Source: Candidatus Omnitrophota bacterium (GTDB lineage: Bacteria > Omnitrophota > Gorgyraeia > Duberdicusellales > 4484-171). From it: a stretch of 64,000 bases of DNA. The stretch covers positions 302,261-366,260 of the forward strand of contig JBAZGN010000002.1 of NCBI GenBank assembly GCA_041652815.1, read 5' to 3'. The position numbers and the translations under genes were made by a program. Of the stretch, positions 57,712 through 64,000 are shown in pieces. Under the pieces are notes generated by a model. It ran no database searches. It saw only the letters and a list, made by a program, of their open reading frames with translations, and was not told the origin of the DNA. Within the stretch, counting starts at the first letter, position 1. Every line of letters starts with the position of its first letter.

Positions 57712-58611
57712 ATGAATGAAATCATTTTTATAATCGGTCCAACCGCAACAGGAAAAACCGAAATAGCACACCAGTTTGCCAAAAGAATTAATGCGGAAAT
57801 AGTCTCCGCTGATTCAATGCTTTTTTACAAGGAAGTATCAATTATTACTTCAAAGCCCCCGGAATATATGCTCAAAGAAGTCCCGCATCATTTTGTAAAC
57901 ATTATTTCTGCCACGCAAAGTTACAGCGTATTTGATTATTTTAATGCTGCCGTAAAAATTATACAAGACATATTCGCACGAACATGTCCTATAGTTGTTT
58001 GCGGAGGTAGCGGCCTGTATATTAAGGCTTTACTGGATGGAATTTTTGGCGGCGTAGGCGAAGATAAAGAGCTACGCAAAAAACTTGAAACCCAAGCGCA
58101 TAAATTCGGCAAAGAATATTTACATGAAGAATTAAGAAAGGTTGACCCGCAAACTGCGGAAAGAGTTAATGATTTAAGAAGGATTATCAGAGCGCTTGAG
58201 GTTTACCGTTTAACCGGTGTGCCTTTATCGCAAAAAAAGCAGGAAGCAAAAGGTCTTTGGGGTAATTTACCGATAAAAATGTTTGGTTTGAATTTCCAAA
58301 GAGAAAAGCTTTATGAAAGGATAAACAAGCGCGTTGATGTGATGTTTGAAGGCGGTGCTGTTCGTGAAGTGGAAAGTTTGCTTAAGCTTAAGTTAAGCTC
58401 AACTTCCGAAAAAATAATCGGCATAAAAGAGATTTCTGGATACCTGAAAGGGGAATATAATATAGAACAGGCTAAAGAGCTGATGAAAAAAAATACCCGT
58501 AATTTCGCCAAGCGCCAGCTTACTTGGTTTAGGGCGGATAAGAGGATTGATTGGATAGATAGGGATGATTTGACGCCGAAACAGGTGGTTGATAGGTTAT
58601 TAGGTTGTTAA
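57712..58611 (+). CDS. miaA: tRNA dimethylallyltransferase
   Basis: IIGPTATGKT P-loop, ADSMLFY, overall MiaA pattern; ATG 57712 (track ORF N-extended). Confidence 0.85.
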   Translation: MNEIIFIIGPTATGKTEIAHQFAKRINAEIVSADSMLFYKEVSIITSKPPEYMLKEVPHHFVNIISATQSYSVFDYFNAAVKIIQDIFARTCPIVVCGGSGLYIKALLDGIFGGVGEDKELRKKLETQAHKFGKEYLHEELRKVDPQTAERVNDLRRIIRALEVYRLTGVPLSQKKQEAKGLWGNLPIKMFGLNFQREKLYERINKRVDVMFEGGAVREVESLLKLKLSSTSEKIIGIKEISGYLKGEYNIEQAKELMKKNTRNFAKRQLTWFRADKRIDWIDRDDLTPKQVVDRLLGC

Positions 58612-58863
58612 GTTGATAAGTTAGTGGGTTTAACCATTTTTCACCGCGTAGGTGGAATGAGGTTTGCAACCAAGTCTCATCTCGTAGGCGGACGTTGGTT
58701 TTTATTTTACTAGCCTATAAATATAGCAACTTATTAACTTTATAGCTAAAAACTTCTTACCAAACTAACCCTTTCTGTTATAATATCAATGTGTTAAATT
58801 ATTGTAACCTTCGTAACATCCGTAACCCGCGTAACTTTCGTAACTTAAACAAGAATAACTAAA

Positions 58864-60132
58864 ATGTACGAAACCACAAAAATCGAAAAAGCGTTATTGA
58901 TAATGACAGCGGCTCACCAGGAAAGATGGCCGCAGGATGTCTTGGCTGAGGAATTTAGAAACCTTGTTACCTCTACCGGAATTGAGGTTTCCCGGCTTAT
59001 AGCTGTCAAGCTAAGGCAAATAACTCCTGCTTTATATATAGGTAAAGGAAAAGCAGAGGAACTGGCGGCAGCTGCCGAGGAAGAAAAAGTTGATGTGGTA
59101 ATTTTTAATAATAATTTAAGTTTCACTCAACAAAGAAATTTAGAGGAAGCTTTGGGTGTAAAAACTATTGACCGCACACAACTTATATTGGATATTTTTG
59201 CAAAACATGCGCATACGCAGGAAGGATTCTTACAGGTTGAACTCGCTCAGCTCGAATATCTGCTTCCGCGGCTTAAAGGTAAAGGTATTATGCTATCCCG
59301 GCTTGGGGGCGGCATTGGCACCCGTGGGCCAGGTGAAAAGAAACTTGAAATCGACCGGCGCAGAATTACCGACCGGATTACCCGCCTTAAACACGATCTT
59401 AAAGAGGTAAGCTCTCATCGCGATGTAACCCGCAAAAAAAGAGAAAAAGAAAAAGCAGTGGTTTGTTCTCTGGTCGGCTATACCTCTGCCGGCAAAACCA
59501 CTCTTTTTAATGCGCTTAGCCAAAGCAACGAGAAAATTTCCCAAACTCTTTTTACTACATTGGATACTGTGAGCCGTTCAATTTACGTTCATGAAAACTC
59601 AAAGGTAATTCTTACTGATACCGTAGGGTTTATCTATAAGCTGCCCCTTAAGCTTATTGAAGCATTTAAAGCAACGCTTGAAGAGCTTAAGTTTGCGAAT
59701 GTGCTTTTGCACGTTATCGATGCATCAAGCCCTGACTTAATGAGGCTTATAGAATCGGTAAATTCTGTTTTAAAAGAATTAAACATTGACACAAAAACTA
59801 TACTTCTGGTGTTTAATAAGATTGATAAGCTATCGCCGGAAGACTTAGAAATGCTACAGAGTAAATATGCTGATGCGATATTTATCTCTGCCCTTCGCAG
59901 CTTAAACCTTGATAACCTGAAAAAGGCTATTTATGACCTGGTTTTTTCTGATTTGGTTGAGGCAGTTGTAAAATTGCCGTTTAGCATGATGGAATTTAAA
60001 GATTATATACACACTAATTGTGAGGTATTAAAAGTCAACTATGAGGAAGATAAAGCAGTATACCTGCTGCGCATGAATAAAAATAACCTTGTTTACCTTG
60101 AGGGTAGAGGAATTGAGGTAAAAATAGTTTGA
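58864..60132 (+). CDS. hflX: GTPase HflX
   Basis: HflX N-domain then G domain [21 protein letters not shown]. Confidence 0.85.
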   Translation: MYETTKIEKALLIMTAAHQERWPQDVLAEEFRNLVTSTGIEVSRLIAVKLRQITPALYIGKGKAEELAAAAEEEKVDVVIFNNNLSFTQQRNLEEALGVKTIDRTQLILDIFAKHAHTQEGFLQVELAQLEYLLPRLKGKGIMLSRLGGGIGTRGPGEKKLEIDRRRITDRITRLKHDLKEVSSHRDVTRKKREKEKAVVCSLVGYTSAGKTTLFNALSQSNEKISQTLFTTLDTVSRSIYVHENSKVILTDTVGFIYKLPLKLIEAFKATLEELKFANVLLHVIDASSPDLMRLIESVNSVLKELNIDTKTILLVFNKIDKLSPEDLEMLQSKYADAIFISALRSLNLDNLKKAIYDLVFSDLVEAVVKLPFSMMEFKDYIHTNCEVLKVNYEEDKAVYLLRMNKNNLVYLEGRGIEVKIV

Positions 60133-60270
60133 AAATCGTTAAGAAATAGTTTGAAAATTATTAATAAAAAGTTTGACATTTTTCAAATAATATGTTATAT
60201 ATTAATTGGTTATTGGGCTTTTTGTATTTATAGGGTTAAGCAAAAAGCAATTCAATTAACTAAGTAAACC

Positions 60271-60552
60271 ATGAATTGGGAAGAATTAAACAAACAATTT
60301 GATATCGATATATCGCCGGAGGAGCCGGTATTTCCTTTTAATATAGCGTGCGAGCTATTGCACCTACATTATTGGACGCTGCATGAAATACTAAAGGAAG
60401 GCATAGTAAAACCTCGCGGCAAAGCCAAGAAGAAAAAACTGCTTTCTTACGAGGATATGAAACGGCTGAAAATCGTAAAACACCTTATCGATGACGAGGG
60501 CGTAAATATAAAAGGCGTTAAGATTATTTTAGAGATGAGAAGGGAAGTCTGA
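60271..60552 (+). CDS. hspR: MerR-family heat-shock regulator (HspR-like)
   Basis: HTH FNIACELLHLHYWTLHEILKEG and coiled C-terminus; directly upstream of clpB. Confidence 0.55.
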   Translation: MNWEELNKQFDIDISPEEPVFPFNIACELLHLHYWTLHEILKEGIVKPRGKAKKKKLLSYEDMKRLKIVKHLIDDEGVNIKGVKIILEMRREV

Positions 60553-60689
60553 TTTTTTTTGATTTTTATTTAGCAGAGTTGTGTGTTGAGTGCTAAAAAA
60601 TTTCTTAAAATAAATCAATACTTTACGAAATCTGCCTCTTGCATATCTGTAATCTAAGGTATTAAACTATATGTTGGTGGTGTAAAAAT

Positions 60690-63278
60690 ATGAATTTGGA
60701 TAAATTTACCTTGAAAGCGCAGGAAGCAATTACAAATGCCATAAACCTGGCAAAGGGTTATGGCCACCAGTCTATACTGCCCGAGCACGTTCTTTATTCA
60801 TTACTCGGCGAACCGGAAGGAATCTGTGCGCAGATATTTTTAAGATTAGCCATAGATGTAAATGATTTAAATTCAAAAGTAAAAGAGTTCCTCATCTCTC
60901 AACCGAAAGTATACACAAAAACCGCAAAAGATGTTTATGCTTCGCAAAGAATTGCCGGAATCCTGAATTATGCTGAAAGCTATTCAAGAGATTTTGGCGA
61001 TGAATATGTCAGTTCCGAAACCTTGCTTTTAGGAATATCCAGGGAAAAAAACACGCTTTTATCCAATTACCTTAATAAACAAGGTATTTCTCTGGATGAT
61101 ATCCTGCATATCATAAAAGAATTACGTGCCGGTATGACTGCGCAATCGCCTTCTGCCGAAGAAACTTACAGGGCATTAGAAAAATTTGGAAGAGATTTAA
61201 CCGAGTTGGTTAAAAAAGGCAAACTTGACCCGGTAATCGGGCGCGACGAAGAAATAAGAAGGGTTATGCAGGTTCTTTCCCGCCGTACGAAAAATAATCC
61301 TGTTTTAATCGGCGATCCCGGGGTCGGTAAAACCGCAATAGTCGAAGGCCTTGCGCAGAGGATAAGTTCCGGTGATGTTCCGGAAGGGCTTAAGGATAAA
61401 AGAATAATTGCTCTTGATTTAGGAAGCCTGGTTGCGGGCACTAAGTTTCGCGGTGAATTTGAAGAGCGCCTTAAAGCTGTTTTAAAGGAAATAGAACAGA
61501 AAGACGGAGAAATAATACTTTTTATCGATGAGCTGCATACGCTGACAGGCGCGGGCCAGGCTGAAGGAGCATTGAGTGCCGCGAATATGTTAAAACCTGC
61601 CCTTGCGAAAGGGGCGTTACGTTGTATCGGCGCAACCACTCTTGATGAGTATAGAAAGTATATAGAAAAAGACGCAGCGCTTGAGAGAAGGTTTCAACAG
61701 GTCTACGTTGGGGAACCCACTGTTGAACAGACTATTTCGATTTTGCGCGGCCTAAAAGAAAAATATGAAGTTCATCACGGAATACGCCTGAAAGATTCTG
61801 CTCTTGTTGCAGCCAGTGTTTTGTCAAGCCGCTACATAACCGAAAGATTTTTACCGGATAAAGCAATAGATTTAATCGACGAAGCTGCTTCTAAGTTACG
61901 TATTGAAATAGATAGCAAGCCTGAAGAAATAGATAAGCTTGAAAGGCGAATAATGGAGTTGGAAATTGAAAAACAGGCGCTAATGAAAGAAAAGGAAGAA
62001 GCAGTCATAGATAAGCTTAAGAAAGTTGAAAAGGAAATAGAAAGCCTGAATAAAGAACTTAATGCTCTTCGTGAGCATTGGCGCAAAGAAAAAGAATTGA
62101 TTACGAAAATAAGAAACATCAAGGAAGAAATAGAAGATTTAAAGCTTAAATCGTCAGAATTCCAGAAACAGGCCTTGCTGGATAAGGTTGCGGAAATAAG
62201 GTATGGTAAAATTCCAAAGCTAACACAGGAATTGGAAGGCTTAAACGCGCAGCTTGCGGCATTTCAGAAAAAAGAAAAAATGCTTAAAGAAGAAGTTGAT
62301 GAGGAAGATATCGCGGAAGTTGTCAGCCGGTGGACAGGCATACCTGTAACCAGCCTTATGGAAGAGGAAGTTACAAAACTCATCAAGATGGAGGAAGAGC
62401 TTAAAAAGAAAGTTGTCGGACAGGATAACGCAATTGAGCTTATTTCTAATTGTATAAGAAGGGCGCGTTCCGGGCTTTCCGACCCAAACCGGCCGCTTGG
62501 TTCATTTTTATTCTTAGGCCCTACGGGTGTAGGCAAGACCGAGCTTGCCAAAACCCTTGCCTGGTTTTTATTTAACAGTGAGCATAATCTTATACGCATA
62601 GATATGAGTGAATATATGGAGAAGTTTTCAGTCTCACGCCTAATCGGTGCGCCTCCGGGTTATGTCGGATACGAAGAGGGCGGGCAACTTAGTGAGCAGG
62701 TAAGACGCAGGCCTTATTCTGTAATTCTTTTTGATGAAATTGAAAAAGCGCATCCGGATGTTTTTAATATTTTACTGCAAATTCTTGATGAAGGCCGGCT
62801 TACTGACTCGCAGGGGCGTGTTGTAAATTTCAAAAATACCGTGATTATTCTTACTTCCAACATCGGAAGCGAATATTTTAATGATTTATCCGTAAGCGTA
62901 AAAGGATTGGAAGAAAAACTGAAACTTGAAGTTAAAAAATATTTCCGGCCGGAATTTATAAACCGGCTGGATGAAATAATAATTTTTAACAGGCTCAATT
63001 TAGACGGAATAAAGAAAATAGTTGATATACAAATGAATGTTTTAAAAGAAAGGTTGAAAGATAAAAAAATAGAGATAGAATTAACGCAATCAGCCCGCGA
63101 ATTCTTGGCAGATCGCGGGTTTAGCCCTGAATATGGAGCTCGTCCGTTAAAAAGGGTTATGCAAAAACTTATGATTGACCAGTTGAGCTCAAAAATTATA
63201 CAGGGTAGCTTTAAGGAGAACGATAAGATTATGATAGACGTGAAAAATAGGCAAATTGTTTTTAATAAAGAGAAATAA
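60690..63278 (+). CDS. clpB: chaperone ClpB (AAA+ disaggregase)
   Basis: Two AAA+ modules ([16 protein letters not shown]), middle coiled-coil, 862 aa. Confidence 0.95.
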   Translation: MNLDKFTLKAQEAITNAINLAKGYGHQSILPEHVLYSLLGEPEGICAQIFLRLAIDVNDLNSKVKEFLISQPKVYTKTAKDVYASQRIAGILNYAESYSRDFGDEYVSSETLLLGISREKNTLLSNYLNKQGISLDDILHIIKELRAGMTAQSPSAEETYRALEKFGRDLTELVKKGKLDPVIGRDEEIRRVMQVLSRRTKNNPVLIGDPGVGKTAIVEGLAQRISSGDVPEGLKDKRIIALDLGSLVAGTKFRGEFEERLKAVLKEIEQKDGEIILFIDELHTLTGAGQAEGALSAANMLKPALAKGALRCIGATTLDEYRKYIEKDAALERRFQQVYVGEPTVEQTISILRGLKEKYEVHHGIRLKDSALVAASVLSSRYITERFLPDKAIDLIDEAASKLRIEIDSKPEEIDKLERRIMELEIEKQALMKEKEEAVIDKLKKVEKEIESLNKELNALREHWRKEKELITKIRNIKEEIEDLKLKSSEFQKQALLDKVAEIRYGKIPKLTQELEGLNAQLAAFQKKEKMLKEEVDEEDIAEVVSRWTGIPVTSLMEEEVTKLIKMEEELKKKVVGQDNAIELISNCIRRARSGLSDPNRPLGSFLFLGPTGVGKTELAKTLAWFLFNSEHNLIRIDMSEYMEKFSVSRLIGAPPGYVGYEEGGQLSEQVRRRPYSVILFDEIEKAHPDVFNILLQILDEGRLTDSQGRVVNFKNTVIILTSNIGSEYFNDLSVSVKGLEEKLKLEVKKYFRPEFINRLDEIIIFNRLNLDGIKKIVDIQMNVLKERLKDKKIEIELTQSAREFLADRGFSPEYGARPLKRVMQKLMIDQLSSKIIQGSFKENDKIMIDVKNRQIVFNKEK

Positions 63279-63418
63279 ACGTATCGCGCCGCACGTAACC
63301 TCGCCACCATACAAAAATATTTAGGCGAGTCCACTTGAAGTGGAAGTAATACGTTTATTGTACATACGTGTTACGTGATACCTGATACGTGTTACGAATT
63401 CAGCAAAGGAGGATAATC

Positions 63419-63754
63419 ATGCGTGTTGACGTTTCTTTCAAGAATTTGGAAAAGAGTGAGTTTCTTGATAATGTATTAGATAAAGATCTTGAAAAGATAG
63501 AAAGACGAGTGCAGATGTTTCGTAAGGATGACCCAATACACGTGGCGGTGCATATTGAAAAAAGCCAGCACAGAGAAGAATATACCTGCAGCGCCCATAT
63601 ATATTTGCCTCAGCATGTTTTACGTGCCGGCGAAAAAGATAAAAGAGCTTCCAGCGCGATAAACAGTACATTTTCTGCACTAAGCAAACAGCTTGATAAG
63701 CTAAAATACAAGGTAGAAAAGCACTTACGGAGGAAAAATCCGCCTGAATTATAA
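63419..63754 (+). CDS. hpf: ribosome hibernation promoting factor (RaiA/HPF family)
   Basis: MRVDVSFKNLEKSEFL ... HIYLPQHVLRA pattern; RBS aaaggagg. Confidence 0.8.
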   Translation: MRVDVSFKNLEKSEFLDNVLDKDLEKIERRVQMFRKDDPIHVAVHIEKSQHREEYTCSAHIYLPQHVLRAGEKDKRASSAINSTFSALSKQLDKLKYKVEKHLRRKNPPEL

Positions 63755-63768
63755 CTTATCCATTATTC

Positions 63769-63797
63769 TTGACGCTTATATGTTTGTATGTTAATAT
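63769..63797 (+). promoter_or_regulatory. sigma70-type promoter TTGACG-N17-TAATAT for hrcA
   Basis: Hexamers positioned immediately upstream of the CIRCE element. Confidence 0.5.
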
Positions 63798-63798
63798 C

Positions 63799-63826
63799 TT
63801 TGGCACTCTTAACTCAAGAGTGCCAA
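63799..63826 (+). promoter_or_regulatory. CIRCE operator (HrcA binding site)
   Basis: TTGGCACTC-N9-GAGTGCCAA, perfect 9-bp inverted repeat matching CIRCE consensus TTAGCACTC-N9-GAGTGCTAA. Confidence 0.8.
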
Positions 63827-63875
63827 AGTCAAAGTTACCTGATAGTTTAACGTAAACAGCATAAAAAAAGACATT

Positions 63876-64000
63876 ATGGCTAAAGTTGTAGATACGCGGG
63901 GAAGAGAATCCGAAATTCTAAATTTAGTGGTTGAGGCCTATATAAAGGAAACTAAGCCGATAAGCTCTACCCATCTTTGCGAAAAATATAAGCTTCCTTA
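63876..64000 (+). CDS. hrcA: heat-inducible transcription repressor HrcA, N-terminal part (continues beyond window)
   Basis: MAKVVDTRGRESEILNLVVEAYIKETKPISSTHL winged-helix N-terminus; preceded by CIRCE. Confidence 0.65.
   Translation, partial: MAKVVDTRGRESEILNLVVEAYIKETKPISSTHLCEKYKLP

Noticed and set aside
60125-60270. HspR HAIR operator upstream of hspR/clpB
   Set aside because: No match to CTTGAGT-N7-ACTCAAG was found. Only AGTTTGA direct repeats and a CIRCE-like half-site were seen.
1-64000. CRISPR arrays, tRNA or rRNA genes
   Set aside because: I found no regularly spaced direct repeats with unique spacers. I found no cloverleaf-like GC-rich ~75-nt segments. The only GC-rich segments are the A and U repeats and the riboswitch.
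221-64000. Numerous antisense or embedded ORFs in the six-frame track, e.g. 221..613 (-), 2997..3419 (-), 13380..13877 (-), 14291..14950 (-), 23838..24323 (-), 61166..61639 (-), 62714..63334 (-)
   Set aside because: Each lies entirely within and opposite to a long well-supported gene (macB, cobT, cobS, MFS, clpB and so on). They have no RBS and low-complexity translations, so they are treated as spurious.

Overview
Low-GC window from a diderm (Gram-negative type) bacterium. Organism not identified.

**Housekeeping left flank (1–8.5 kb).** 3' part of a TolC–MacA–MacB efflux operon. Then an HExxH peptidase/ATP-grasp pair, a DUF493 (YbeD-like) protein, a flavodoxin-like reductase and uppP.

**Cobalamin uptake/salvage locus (8.5–18.2 kb).**
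- A sigma70 promoter drives a clear cobalamin riboswitch with its own terminator, then btuF-btuC-btuD.
- cobC-cobU-cobT-cobS follow.
- A PP-loop ATPase comes next, then a second, weaker riboswitch-like leader and a btuB-type TonB-dependent receptor.
- The locus is punctuated by long palindromic hairpin elements. Two near-identical ~110–125-bp copies built from CGCAAAA octamer arms bracket btuFCD, and the second overlaps the btuD stop.

**Middle section (18–33 kb).** SIMPL protein, YgjP-like hydrolase, an mlaEFD-lipoprotein cluster, an MFS transporter, methyltransferases, flavoproteins, a GIY-YIG protein and a GT39 glycosyltransferase. Two unrelated genes share a ~150-nt conserved leader. One of them is a secreted protein with three internal ~100-aa repeats.

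**Composite island (about 33.3–55.8 kb).** This is the most unusual region.
- It is bounded by nested long inverted repeats: a GC-rich ~360-bp repeat A (33338–33702 and 50698–51053, inverted) and a 177-bp repeat B (51054–51230 and 55587–55764, inverted).
- Repeat B carries the native promoter and first 16 codons of miaB, and also encodes the last ~60 codons of a large serine recombinase.
- All three repeat boundaries end at the same 8-bp core TTCGGYTG.
- A further ~850-bp GC-rich, hairpin-rich non-coding block with tandem ~85-bp units sits at the left end. A third copy of that unit is at 51.3 kb.
- Cargo includes a DUF1016_N–staphylococcal-nuclease fusion, an AbrB-like small ORF behind a perfect 20-bp palindrome, a type I R-M system (hsdMSR), two unknown proteins after hsdR, an ACP / thioester-reductase / histidine kinase / two response regulators / second ACP module, and a TM-protein/DUF2971 pair.
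- A recombinase cassette holds an excisionase-like HTH, a 609-aa protein with a nucleoside-2-deoxyribosyltransferase-like core, a 171-aa protein, a fossil recombinase N-terminus fragment and the large serine recombinase.

**Housekeeping right flank (55.7–64 kb).** miaB, a TPR–SPOR protein, miaA, hflX, an hspR-like MerR regulator, clpB, hpf and the hrcA start. This flank carries a CIRCE element and a shared ACGTGTTACG/CGTAAC motif family in the miaA, hflX and hpf leaders.

No CRISPR array, rRNA or tRNA was recognised.
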